Part shown: one piece after another, positions 14,060-28,939 of the stretch
Numbering within the stretch: position 1 is the first letter of the stretch
Layout of the letters: every line of letters starts with the position of its first letter
NCBI RefSeq assembly: GCF_006345805.1
Contig: NC_043004.1
Location: 61,752,001 to 61,816,000, forward strand
DNA from: Octopus sinensis
Lineage: Eukaryota
DNA: 64,000 nucleotides
Direction of reading: 5' to 3'
Position numbers and translations under genes: made by a program
The notes under the pieces: model-generated
The model's input: only the letters and a program-made list of their open reading frames with translations
Database searches by the model: none
Told to the model about the DNA's origin: nothing

Positions 14060-14560
14060 AAAAATTCACCAGTGCATTCGATGTCAGAATCAACGTGAAA
14101 GCCAGAAATTAATCCAGGTTTAGAAAGATAGCAATCTTCAAAGTTTATATAGAAATATTCGATGGGGCCCAATCGCAGACCTCGTATTATGTATATTGGA
14201 CGTTCTTAAAACAAAATTACTTACCCTCATAGTTGGTCACTTTACAGGGAAAAACAGAACGGCATTATGAAACCGTATGAAAACCCAATAATGGATATGT
14301 TTAGGAAGGATTTGATAAAGATATTGAAAGAATTCGGCTATCTAATAGCAATGACGCATTATAGAGTATGAATTTTCCAACTAGTTAGCCTATCTGAACG
14401 ACCCCACCACACCACTAACCCGAAAATGGACCTACGGAGAAATGTAGCTGTATACAGGTTCAGCCCCTCAATTAATCTAGAAGTTTCCACCAACGTAACT
14501 AGGAATTTCCTTTCTTTAATTCAGAAGCATTTGATTAAGAAGGGACACGTACTTAAAGAT
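14060..14560 (+). pseudogene. Penelope-like RT/thumb remnant
   Basis: RRNV..RFSPSINLEVSTNVTRNFLSLIQKH resembles the PLE motif RNIIWFNPPF..V.TN....FL.LI.KHF. The same motif occurs at about 57750-57830 on the minus strand. Confidence 0.5.
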
Positions 14561-14718
14561 GTTTTAACATACAATGCGTCAGTATATTTTGCTTACAATG
14601 ACATATGGGCAGTGCCTGTGGATCTCATTGGAAGACCAGGTATGGTAAAAAATACTATGCGCCATCCATGAAACTTAATAATACCACAAAACACATATTG
14701 TATTCATTAAGTAATATT

Positions 14719-14807
<89 letters not shown>

Positions 14808-16919
14808 GTGTGCATATGTATATATATATATATATATGCATATGTATACATACAGACATACATACATTGACATACACAGAGACAGACAGGAACACATACA
14901 CGCACACAAGGACACACACACACAAGCACACATGTACTAGATGGTCGGACTAAATTTCACGATATTTCTTAAATATTTCTCAAACAATAAACAGATGAGG
15001 GAGAGAGGGAGAGAGAGAGAAAGAGAGAGAGAAAGCGAGGGAGAGAGTGAGTAAGAATCATATTTGCAAACGCGAAAAAGTGAACCAGCACAGAAGTCTA
15101 TGCCAAATAGAAGCTACCTGAATATTTGAGAAGTTTCCCCTTTATCATAAACAGTTTGCGCCAGGTGTGAAAATGCCGAGCACATAACCACAACGGAATA
15201 ATCTGTGAACCCTGTGACGGAAAAACGTGACATGGATATCGTGCGAAGCAATTTCTCTTTACTTCTCTCTGGGTGTGATTCCAGTGAATGTGACGTCATG
15301 AGCCCACCATTCTGCACAAGGACGCAGGCTCAATTCAGAAATTCTCTTTGAAACTGCTGGAGACTCTGGTTCAATCTTGGGTATAGTGAATTGCTACCCC
15401 GTGGATATGTGTTTGCATTATTCACCGCTTTTTGATTACTTGTCTGAAGTGGTTATTGTTTCAGTATTTTACAACATAAACAATTTAGCGTACTGCTCTA
15501 TAGCGTAAACTATTAATTTTCATATATATAAATATATAGGTATATGAGCGTCTGCGTGTGCAGCCAAAACCAATTGCGCGCGCTAGATTGCGTGTGTCAG
15601 TTTCTGTTTGTGTTATAGCGTACTCTACAACACCACCAGCCATTTATTTTTAAGTAAACATTAAATATTTTTAAATATTTGTCTGCAACTTGCTTTATTT
15701 TTTCCCTATAGTCCTGAATGTTCTATCATGCGTACATTCTTCATTCTTTAACTGTATTTCCATTGGAAGCACGTATGAAGTCTTCATAATCTGTTCTGCT
15801 GGAAAACTGCTTCTTGAAATTCGCATTCTGTTTTTATTATAATGCGGACATATATTTTTGAAGAGCTTACGTGACTATAGTTAGGGAGAAGAAAATAATC
15901 CTCTATTCTTGTTTTACACTCATATTTGCAAACATTTCTACTGGTCTCCTTATGTCCTGTCGAAACAATACGTCTTATAACTGCTCATGTCTTCTGACTG
16001 GATATCACTTATATGGAAGCATAAGAATGCGTTATTAACTGAGATTCTCGCCAATGATGTAGAGCAGTAATTTCGTACTTTATCTGTTCTAGAAATAGGA
16101 TTTAATTCCCTCTTGAAAAGGTATATTTATCATATATTTTATATCTTATTTTTGAAATGAATTTATAAAATTTTTAAACTGTGTTCACTGTTGTTGGCTA
16201 TATATATTACAGAATAATTTAAGATTTCTTAGCTTTTTCAACTCAGGAATATTAATGTACTGATATTTTTTTTAGCCGAGACTCCAAACATGCACACAAG
16301 TGAAAGTAAAGGGTATACCCTAGAATGCAAACCGATTCCCACTGATTTAAGGCAGTGATGAAGAAAAATATCCTCTGGACACAGAATTTAAGATAATTTC
16401 TATAGATTTTCTTCAGGTAGATCGGTGTTTTAATTTGAAACATTGATGGGGAAATGGTAAAAGACTGCAATAACATCAATATTTATACTATCAAGTGAAG
16501 AAATTAAATTCTACATCTACTGATGTAGAATTTAATGTGATGTTAATTCTACATCTCGTGATTTCGAGCCGATATGGAAATAACGAAACGTTACTCGAAC
16601 ATGCAGTAAGGGGCCTTTATATCTCCCATTTCTCCATCTAATAATTTAAAAAGAGTAAAATGCATAAGGGAATATACAGTTTGATGCGTTCTGTCTGAAT
16701 CTGCAGGACGGAATCATAACAATATTTCGTCTTTGAAAACAGATATGTTCGAATAAGAATAACAACAACAACAACATAAACGAAAATAGAAAAACAACGT
16801 GTAAGATTTAATTTATTTTGTGTTGAAATTTCACCAACGGCAGTTAATATTAAACGTCCGACTGTTTGCATATTTTACAAGGATAATATTTGTTACAACA
16901 TTGTGGTAATTAAATATTG

Positions 16920-16973
<54 letters not shown>

Positions 16974-17484
16974 ATATTCCGACTGTAATAATGATAGAAA
17001 ATTATTTGTCTGATTTAATTTGTCAGTCTGGAAAAGGAGACTGAAATAGAAATTTATTCATTGAATTATATTTAGAGATTATTCACCCAGCAACATACAT
17101 GTAAGCACAAGAACAAATACACTCTTACATACAATCACGCATGCACTCACATGTACACACGCATACACTATCTTACAAAGCATATCCAGTTATCGAAGGG
17201 ATCTTGTTCGCAAAAAGTGAATATATTTAGTTCAAAGACTAAATATTTGTTGCTTAAGTGGTAGGAAAATGCGGAAATACTGTAATGGTAATATGAATTT
17301 AGGAGAAAGAGTGAAGCCAGTTTATACGCAGCCTGCCTCGTATACCATAGCTATTAGGATGAGAATACCATGAAATATACTGTTAGCAGTAGCTACATAC
17401 AAATGTAATACGTGCACACCAGGTTTAGGATTAATCTACAGACTTGTACATATATGTGTGTGTATATATATAGATAGGTATATA

Positions 17485-17825
<341 letters not shown>

Positions 17826-18007
17826 TATATGCGTATATTAACACACACGTATGTAAATAAATAAATGACATACACTTGTGTATTATATTCATATTATAAT
17901 TACATATATATTTCTATGTATTATATATTCAAACGCATATTCACAGACACATACAGACACGCACACATATAAATATCATCCAATTTTAAATTCTGTATAA
18001 TCTCTCC

Positions 18008-18068
<61 letters not shown>

Positions 18069-18070
18069 TC

Positions 18071-18463
18071 ATATTTCGGAATGGTCATTTTGCCAGTTAA
18101 GCCAATAAAAACACACGCACTATATATTTGGTGTTACTTTGCTTCAGTGTTATTTATTTTTTACATTAATCTTAATCCTATTTCAGTCAGAGTTCTTTCG
18201 TCACACTCCTGTGACCGCATCAGTGGTCCTTTGTTTTCTTCTTTCTTATTTGTGTCTCTACTTACTAACCGTCAGCCATTTTGTATTTCAAGAATAGAAA
18301 TACAAAATGGCTGACGGTTAGTAAGGAGTGAGACGAAAGAACTCTGGCCGACATAAGATTAAGATTAATGTAAAAAATAAATAACACTGAAGCAAAGTAA
18401 CACCAAATATATAGTGCGCGTGTTTTTATTGGCTAAACTGGCAAAATGACCATTCCGAAATAT
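18071..18463. mobile_element. Fold-back element, PLE inverted pseudo-LTR type, between (TA)n tracts
   Basis: Outer arms of about 140 bp (18071-18211 and 18325-18463) and an inner perfect 29-bp hairpin at 18261-18325. A single-arm copy lies at 26372-26584. Confidence 0.85.
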
Positions 18464-19193
18464 AATAATATCTGTTTAAACACACGACTTCACATAAGAA
18501 ATCTTGCACAACAAATATATAAACGTATATATATATATATATATATATATGAACTTCTTTTAATCTTCGTAAATATTTTATGTCAATTGAGCTACGTATG
18601 TCTATGTAGCTATTGATCAGCTTGTTTCAAATGTGCTTCTGTATAACCAATTACTCCTGCATTGTGTTTGTATATAATAATGTGTTCATGTTAAGGTTAA
18701 TTAGATGTAAATCTGCTGTGGAACTGTATTCTGTCATTTAGCAGCTGCTCAAATGATGGGCGCATCGTTTGGGTAATATTACAGATTTTGACTATAATAG
18801 ATGGGACAGAAGATTACAGGTTAGCAAATACCAAAGTCTCTTTATATGTCAACTATTTAAAAATCTGGCCTCTTGCTTTTCCAGTGGTCATTATTTTCAG
18901 GTCGTATTGCTCTTTACACTTTCCTCAGGAAAAAAAAAAGAGTACATTTACGTTTAAATCGATGATAATGACTAGATTTGTACACGATTATCCAAGAACG
19001 GAAAAGGACCAATTTTGTAAAAAAAATTCTTACAAAATAGTTAGAAGCAAGTACTGTCCGTTTGAGTATTCAGTACCTTGTATGAATTTTCGGTTTGTTT
19101 TCTAAATACGTGCGTGTACGGATGTATTTATATTGATATATACATGTACATACTTACAGACAATCGGGCACGAGCACGTGCACGCACACGCTT

Positions 19194-19231
<38 letters not shown>

Positions 19232-19584
19232 TTACGTATATACAGAGAGCGAGAGGTAGATATAAATACATATGTGCTTATACACACAAGATCATAAGTG
19301 TGTAAATAGACTAGTGTACGTTTTCAAAATGCTTAATTTGTGGCTCATCCGCACCCTTTAATATAATTATATAATTTAATTATATATTAATAGTTACCTG
19401 TATGGTTTTATTACACGCTGGCCACTTGATGAAATAATTAAAATGATTTTATCCGTAATTTTGTATAGATATATATATATGTTTACCCCTTACCAAATTA
19501 CATTCGCTACAGTGTCATTTTGATCTTAGAAACACGAGGTTGAGATGAAAGAATTGGATTTAACTAGTTTATACATGTAAATGT

Positions 19585-20088
<504 letters not shown>

Positions 20089-20288
20089 ATATGGATATAT
20101 ATTGTTCGAATGAATGTGTTTAAATATTTGCATTCATATATTATGGACTTATTCTACTGATGACAGCCAGGGATTTTGCATATCCAAACCAGAAATCGAT
20201 CTACTATTAACCATTTTTACAAAGTCTTCTTCACTTATTCATCTGTCCGTGTCTATTTGTAGCGTGTTGGTGGCGTTTATCCGCACCC

Positions 20289-20343
<55 letters not shown>

Positions 20344-20556
20344 TATCATATAATTATATATTAGTACAAGTTCTAACCTGTATGATTTATCACAGGCTGG
20401 CGATGTGATAAAGTATTTGAAATGGTTTCAACCTTTTTTGCATATATGTATGTATGTAAGTATGTATATATGTATGTATCTATCTATCTGTATACATACA
20501 TACATGACTATATATCTATATATCTATCTATCTATCTATCTATCTCTCTATATATA

Positions 20557-20659
<103 letters not shown>

Positions 20660-21420
20660 GTATATATATATATATATAAAATTAACATTGTGTCTCTTTT
20701 TTCCTCCGGTGAGGAAAATGAAAGTAACTGTTTCAAGGGAAACTATTATGCTATTGCCTAATTTCTTACACTCAGTCTAATATTTAATTCAACTGATTCC
20801 GTGGATGAAGTCTTTGCTAATCTTCTTCATAATTACGATACAGATTTGATACGTGAGCGACCTATCCTGGCTCCATATATAGCATTAATACTTCCAGGAG
20901 AAATATTCACTTATAACTCAATTGACATTCTTGTTCATGATCAGGATATTTTTAAGTACCCCATCGAATGTTTGAACTCACTGGAACCACCAGGTACAGC
21001 TCATCATTGTCTTCGGTTGAAACAAACGGATTACTGTTATTCTATTACATAATTTGTTTCATCCAAAATTATGCAACTGTACAAGTTTAATTGTGCACAA
21101 ACTCATGAAAGATTGCATTGATGTAAATATTCTCACTGGTTGTAGTAAAGTTATTAACTCTTAATGCAACATGAATACTTCAATAACTTAATTTATACTA
21201 TTACTATCATTACATTCACGAATGAGCAAAGTACCTATTTAAATGCACTGTATTATATAATTGCTATTATTGTATTGATAAATAAAATGACACATACAAC
21301 ACGTTTATTATTATTATATAATAAAGAAACTGAAATGGACGTATGAAATTGAACGTTTTACTACTTCAATTATTACACGTCTTTTCTCTTACAAAACTAC
21401 ACACATAAATGAGGAGTAAA

Positions 21421-22823
21421 TCTCTATATATATAAAACTGAGAATGTGTGTCTGTCTGTCTGTCTGTGTGTTTCCCTAAAACTTGAGAACTACACAACTA
21501 ATTTCATTCAAATTTTACACATGCTTTACTTAGGGTCCATGTAGTTTCTTGGGCAAAAACAATGATCAACTTCTAAGCCTAGGGCGAGCCTAGGGCGAGC
21601 CCATAGCAATATCATATCTTCTCCACTATTTCAGTATTACGTGTGAAAAGTGAAACAAAAACATTTCTCTATTTTATGTCAGATACTTTCACTGTAACAA
21701 TAAAAATTAGAGATAATAATAATAATTGAATTATTGTAGTAAGTAATAATTAAAATCAAACTAAAGTATAATATAATCGTAACATAACAAAAGTAAAAAT
21801 AGCAATTGGTATAAAATTGCATCAATGACTTGAACTTGAATAAGTGATTTCACATGAATGGGAATAAATTAAATTAAATCAGCTGCGTACTGCTTTTTGA
21901 TTCACCGTAAGTTTTGTTGTTATTATTATTACTGTTTAACTATTGTTATCACGTTTGTTGTTCCTCCTAAGGGAAACGTTGTTGTGTTGCACTTGTTAAA
22001 TAATTGTAAACTGTAACCCTCCCCCTTGGGAGAAGGAGCTTTGTTATTGTTGAAAAATTGATTTGTGCCCCTGTTTGGGGAAATTGACAATATTTTCACC
22101 GTTTATACGGAAACATTTTTGTTACAATGCCTTCGATAGAAGAAAGTCCAAAAATGAATTTCGCTGCAGCCGTTGGCGGGCGGGAACTCATTAAAATTAA
22201 AATGGAAGAAATACAAACCCATTTCGGATTGATCACCGACAAAGACGGTGATTCTAGGATAACACCACCAAACGAAATAAAAAAAATAATTAAAGAAAAG
22301 ACTATTGTCTATAAAGTATACAATGTAGGGAAAAAAATAAAGATTTGAACACCTGGAGGAAAGCACCATCAAAAAGTGTTTTGGTGCGACTATGAAAGAT
22401 ATGTAACCAGGGGCGGTAAATTCTCCACAATAGAAGTAAGTTTCGAGTCAATGGAGCATACAAGGGAGTACTCGACTCGAACCTTGCAAAGTGGAAATAT
22501 TTTATTTTTACCTTTATATCTGGGACGTCGCACGTGCCGGATAAAAATTTAAAATGTCCCCCCAGTAGTAGATGTAGGCTAGATTGTAGCCACACTTCTA
22601 TACAAGAGGTAGGACAAGATACAATTGATCGAAATTGCAAGAGATGGGCCTACAATTCCAGCCTGTTATATATTTTGAGTATTGTTATCACTTGCGATAT
22701 CAAGATATAACTTTGTATTTTGTATTTTATGTGTAGATTTATATATATAGATGTACATGTAATATGTACATATATATACATGCACTAGCACTATGACCCG
22801 GCAACGACGGGTCATAATGCTAG
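21421..22823 (+). mobile_element. Non-autonomous Helitron nested in the above
   Basis: A|TC 5' end, (GTCT)n near the 5' end, 3' hairpin TATGACCCG-GCAACGA-CGGGTCATA then CTAG|T. Confidence 0.8.
22127..22640 (+). pseudogene. LINE ORF1-like fragment inside the Helitron
   Basis: MNFAAAVGG... and decayed LPLYLGRRTCRIKI*NVPPVVDV, typical of L1/Tx1-type ORF1 N-terminal regions. Confidence 0.45.
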
Positions 22824-23289
22824 TTATAAATATAGCAGTACTTTGAATGTAGCTCCTAGAAACAGTTAAAGTAACTGCTCCATCAACGATGGGTATTACT
22901 GCTAGAAACTCATGAAGAAACTAGTCTAAATGCATTCATTCCATAACAAAAATTAAAAAATATCACAAATTAACGAGGGCATGAATAATTTTCAGGTTGA
23001 CTGTATATGTATATAAATATATGCGTGCTTCTATGCATACATGCACTCTATTGCACATGCGTTTGCACGAGTGTATATGTTGAATATTAAACAAGGCTTT
23101 AATTGAGAAATATTATGTTATAGTACAAATCAATCTTAAACCAAATTCTGAAATATTGAATTCGTAGAAGCACACATGGGATTTTCTTTCCTATTTGAGC
23201 CATTTCCTACCGAATAATAAATATATGACGGTTTTTCACTTCCTACCTCCTATACTGTTCCTATTATTCCTCCGAATATTAAAGTGTCG

Positions 23290-23510
23290 AGAGCGCTACG
23301 AATTAGCAGAATCGTTAGCACACTGGGCAAAATGTTGAGTGCTATTTCGTCCGTTCTTACGTTCTGATTTCAAATTGCGCTGAAGTCTACCTACTCTTTC
23401 ATCCATTCGGTGTTGATAAAAATAAATATCACCCGAACACTAGGAGTCACTTTAATCGACTTAACCACCTTCTCCGAAAGAGCTGACATTATGTTTATAT
23501 TTGAAGCCAA
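23290..23510 (+). mobile_element. Degenerate SINE (13473 family)
   Basis: AGCAGAATCGTTAGCA..TTACGTTCTGA.TTCAAATT..CTTTCATCC.TTCGG.GT.GATAAA. Confidence 0.65.
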
Positions 23511-24667
23511 AACTAATGTGCCGACCTGGCGGAATTTTTAACACGTCGGACTAACATACTCAGTGACATATGTAAGAAACCATTACATACTGATTTCAAG
23601 CACTCTATGTCGATTTTGTCCAATTCTTCATGTTCGATAAATTGAATACTAGTTGACCACCAATATTGATTTATTCCACTTTTTCTCCACACAAAATTGC
23701 TTACCTTCAGCCCAAAATTATATGTTTTAACTAGTATTGTTTTCTTCCGACCGTCGTATTCGCCATCTAATTTATACAATTTAGCTTTTGCGTCAGCATT
23801 TTACTTTTTGATTTTCATATCACTTTTTATCGAGCAGGATATCGATTTATTGTATTATCTTATTGTATTAAACATTTTTTAAATCAGCAATCTAAAATTG
23901 AATAGATACTACTGTATTTTTTACATATCCCCAAGAAATTTTATCCGTGTTATTAGACGCTTAGTACTTGGTTTCCGTCCAATTATTTTTATATTTTTCA
24001 CTTTCAGTTTTTTTATATTCTGTATTACCTTTTAGTTTCTTTTTTGTACCTTTTGAATCCTACAGTCATGATACTTAAATCTCTATCTATCAAACTTCTC
24101 TATTTTGTGCATGTTTTCTTATAAACTTTATCTCTGCTATGCGTATATATATATATTTATATATATATATCAAACTCTGTATCAATTCATGATACAAACA
24201 CTCAACTGTAGCTAATAATGTATTTTAACCTAGCTCACATCTTTTTCTTTTTCTTTCTTCCTTGACACTCCTTTACATTTCTGTTTTTCCTTTTCCTATA
24301 TTCTTTCTTCCTGCTTGACATTGAAAAGCCACTATCTCTTCATTAGTGCAAACTTATATATCATTTAACACATTTTTTGTGATGCAAATTCGTAACTGAG
24401 TATATGTTAACATTTTATGACAAATTATTCCTATCCATTTTGATTCTAAAATGATATCACCTTCAATGCAATTATTATATCACTTTTTACTTGTTTTTGC
24501 GAATTATGTTGTTCAGTTTTAATTCAATTTTCACTCGTTTTTTAAAAAAAAAAAACTACTAATAATATCATATCAGTATATACGATACATATCTGTGTGA
24601 GTGTACACACGCACACACATACACACACGCACACACACACACACACGCACACGCACACACACATATT

Positions 24668-24850
24668 TTACAGCATGCTGAAAAGTTCTTGACTCTCGGT
24701 AAACGAAAACAGAAGAGGCTCACTTAATTATGAATTTATTCAATACACCCTCCTCTTAGATTCACAACACTTACGGTTGTTCGGTTTTTCTCAGCCCTGT
24801 AAAAGAACACGGAATGTATTTCCAAGCAGTCATTTTGCCGACACCCTTAA
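24668..24850. mobile_element. Mariner-type element end fragment
   Basis: ATGCTGAAAAGTTC...TTTATTCAA..CCTC.TAGATTCACA resembles a mariner subterminal pattern. Confidence 0.35.
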
Positions 24851-24906
24851 AGCCAGAAAGTTGTCAAGAATCCCTCGTAGTTTTGCATGTATGTTGGGAT
24901 ATATAA

Positions 24907-25031
<125 letters not shown>

Positions 25032-25277
25032 CAGATAAAGGGTGAAATATATTTAATTTAATAAAATCAACAAATTTCACCAAGTAGTATTTCGGTATGG
25101 AAAAGGACCATATTCGGTAAAAGTTTATATAATTATAACAAAGACGGTCTTGCTAGACCACATACCGGTATGTGGTCTAGGAACTTGTTGCAAAACCCCT
25201 TTTTGTTATAATTATATATATATATATGAAGAACAATCTTACTTAGAAATGGTTGCGTGCGTTCCATCATATATTAA

Positions 25278-26002
25278 GTTAATAAATAAATAAAAAATAT
25301 GCATATATACATACATATATGTACGTACCTACCTCTACATATATATATACATGCATATATGGGTACAGGACACCAAAAAAACGTCGAACACAATGAGAAA
25401 CGAAAACATAAACACAAAACCAAGGAAATGGACATTTTTCTTAAACAACAAAAAAATAGAGTACTGGACATACAAAACAAGGAAAATTCCCCTTCTTCAG
25501 TCGCTTTTGTTTCATCTACTCCACGTTTCGAAGGTCAAGGCGATACATGACTTTAAAATGAAACTTTCCTTTCCGCGAAAATCAATTTAAATAAAATTTG
25601 AGATTTTTTTGCGGAGGGGTAAAAATGGTAAGAAAAACAGGACACTAACGACATTACAACATATAAACAGTGAAAGACAGGACACGGAAAATAACAGTAA
25701 CACAAACAAGAAGGGCTGTTAAGCCGAACGAGATAAAATGTTTTACGAACTCTATTTTTTGAGAACGGCGAGGGAGCAACAGATTTGCCGTCTCTACTTG
25801 GAGGTCGTCAGGAGAAGAAAGACAGCAGTAGCCTTCTCATCACGTGTCCGCGACGGGAAGGAAGATGAGGAGTAATTTCTCGTTTCTCATTGTGTTCGAC
25901 GTTTTTTGGTGCCCTGTACACATATATGCATGTATATATACATGTAGAGGTAGGTACGTACATATATGTATGTATATATGCATATGTTTTATTTATTTAT
26001 TA

Positions 26003-26003
<1 letters not shown>
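25278..26003. mobile_element. Fold-back element with about 125-bp inverted arms between (TA)n tracts
   Basis: 25278-25401 is nearly the reverse complement of 25880-26003 (GTACGTACCTACCTCTACAT / ATGTAGAGGTAGGTACGTAC; CGTCGAACACAATGAGAAACG). Confidence 0.8.
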
Positions 26004-26056
<53 letters not shown>

Positions 26057-26371
26057 GGGCGCAGGGGTGAATACAAATATACATATATGCGTATATACAT
26101 ACATATGAGTACACATATAACTATGTATAGAGAAAAGGACTGGGTAATTGAGGGATAAAATGAATATAGAAGTGCATGTGTATATGTTTATAAGGACACA
26201 TTATATAGTCATTATTCCATTTGCGGGAGAGAGAAAAATATTGGTAAATATAATTAAATAAGTAAATCCATGTTTATATCAGGTAGGTTTTATCTGATAA
26301 TATAACGACTCAGAAGTAGTTGAGTATTTTATACATCCCCGTAAAACATATAGTAATTATCATGTTATTGT

Positions 26372-26584
26372 TGTATTTAGGAATGGTGACTTTGCCTGTT
26401 TAACCAATAAAATCACAGGCACTATATATTTGTGTTACTTTGCTTCAGCGTTATTTATTTTTCACATTAATCTTAATCGTATTTCGACCAGAGTTCTTTC
26501 GTCACACTCCTGTGTCCGCATCAGTCGTCCTTTGCTTTCTTCTGTCTTATTTCTGTGTCTCTCCTTACAAACGGTCAGCCATTT
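26372..26584 (-). mobile_element. Single-arm copy of the 18071 family
   Basis: Co-linear with 18071-18283 and clearly homologous. Confidence 0.8.
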
Positions 26585-27059
26585 TAAAAAAAAGCAAAAT
26601 AATTTCGATAAAAATAGTGAGCACAATCGTATTTCATGGTTCCTATATTGTGTAATAGCTTCTGTGTAATTCTATGAGTTAATCCTCTTCCTCATTGAAT
26701 ATTTCTGCCATTAATAAACTGAAAGACTGCGTACGGCTCCTAATGACAATTTAAAGAAATTCAATGGCAATTCAGTTTATTCAAAAATATATGAAACTTT
26801 ATTGAACTTGGTATAAACAAGGGGAGATAATAAACGAATGATTCTTTTTTATTATCTCCCCTTGTCTAGACCGGTCGACGACGTAAATATATTGAAGCAT
26901 ATTTTGGTAGAAGCTATGACAGTATTCATTAGTTATTTCATCGAACTTTTCAGATATCAATTGGTGGGTTCTACTCGACGAGTTAGATAAGATGTATTCC
27001 CTTACGGCTGATGTAGTTGACCTCTTATTTTCTTTCAAGGCTTGAGCGCCAATTGAAAA

Positions 27060-27285
27060 ATTCAAATTTCATTGCAAAGTATTCAAATTTGATGGCAAAG
27101 AATCCAAACTAGATCGAAAACATCTATATTTTAAGATCCACAAAGATCAGAACTCATCTGCTGCTCCAAATGGGAGGTGCAATCTATGTGGGTATATTTT
27201 CAGAACATTGCCTGGTTTAAAAAAGCCACATCAGATTCACAGGATGTCGTCAAACTCTGCCTAAGTAGTAGACAACCACTTTATA
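27060..27285 (+). mobile_element. RTE-type LINE 3' remnant with C-terminal C2H2-like finger
   Basis: GRCNLCGYIFRTLPGLKK(P/S)H resembles the CxxCG..C.S.AGLKSH end of RTE ORF2. Confidence 0.45.
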
Positions 27286-27307
27286 TATAAACACACACAC
27301 ACACACA

Positions 27308-27367
<60 letters not shown>

Positions 27368-28939
27368 CATACACGTATACGTGTATACATACATGCTTCT
27401 ATGCTCATATTTAATGTTCAATATGTATTAATATATAAGTACGATTTATATTCAGTGTACCTCTTTCTCTCTCTGCCCATCATTTAATACACACACAAGT
27501 GTGTGTATGTGTGTGAGTCTGCATCTGTATGTGTCTGTGTGTATCTATCTATTTGTGTGTTCATGCGCATTGTTTTTTTTTCCTCCCCTGTTTTTCTGTA
27601 TCTTCATTTTTCGTCCACCAGGTCAGATTCTTTAACGCAACACATACTTAACCCTAACACAGTTTCTTTTCATTCGTTGTCATTGAATCTCTGTTGTATT
27701 CTCTATCCATCTATGTCCCCACGTATGTATCTCGTATTATATATAACTAGGTTTTTATTTCTTCTATATTTCATATACTTGTTTTTCTATTATTCTCGCT
27801 GCTACATTTCTCCTTATAGTATTTTTCAACCTTTATTCTGTAGCACCTCATATTCCATTATTGTTTCCTTTCTTTCTACCCTATCCGCTATCTATATATA
27901 AATATGTGTCCTTATCTTGGGACTTACCTCCATAGCTCTCTTTTCTCTTCACTCAACTGAATGCTACATTTTCTTTCTCTCATTTCCTTCGAGGTGCAAC
28001 GGCAGCTTCTGTCTTTTTACAACACTCGTCTTTTGTGGGCAGTAACGGCTCAGGTTACCACCTGCTCTACTTCAGATATATCAGAGGATTTTATTTATTT
28101 CCCAGTATTTTCTTTCTCTTTTATTTTTTGAATTTTAAATGTGTTCATATATTCCGAAATTCAGTTCAATTTATCTTAATCTGCAAAAAATGACTGTATT
28201 AACTTCCTTAACCTGCAAAATGCTTCTTGCTTACATATATCTCACTGTATCGTTTAATATTCTTCTGAAATGCTATTCATCTTGCCTATTTATTTCCTTA
28301 CTATAAATACCAGTCCTCCTCATAATTAGTCTTCAATTTTTGATCGGTCTCGTTCCCTCAAAATTCCTTGATAATGCACTTTTCACTTTTTTTCTGTCCT
28401 ATTACATGTTTCATGGCTGCTCAGTTATATGGAAGTATTACCTGACACAGGTAATACGAAGTATATTAACAAAGGAGTCGAAATGAAATCGTGATCATAT
28501 TTGACCGACAACTGGTGATGGATTCAACATAACTGTGCCTATAATGAAAATATTTTTGGTTGTTATGATTTTTACTTCGTCTTCTCCTGCGCTAGACTTA
28601 TATAGATATATATCCACACACCTATATACTGAGATATATATTTAAACACACACACACATACACACATAAGGTAAACGAGTTAAAATAATGACCATTAAAC
28701 ATAATTCCTTTATTGTAGCAAGTTTCACTTACAGCACTTTTCCGGTGGTCATTATAGATAGGCTTACTCAATTGATCAATAGACCAACTGAGTCACTCTA
28801 TAATGACATTCGGAAACAGCCGAAAACGAAATTTGCTATAATAATGGAAGTATATTAATGAACATTATTTTAACTAGTCTCTTCTATATCATTCTATATA
28901 ACCCAGTTGATCTGAAGCCCATTCATGGAGTTGCAATAT

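Larger units (their letters stand above)
20690..22905 (+). mobile_element. Decayed Helitron with PIF1-type helicase remnant (about 20800-21150)
   Basis: ERPILAP, YPIECLNSLEPPGTAHHCLRLK, ILLHNL..PKLCN.T.LIV.KL...I...ILTG. 3' hairpin CCATCAACGATGG followed by CTAG at 22902-22905. Confidence 0.75.
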
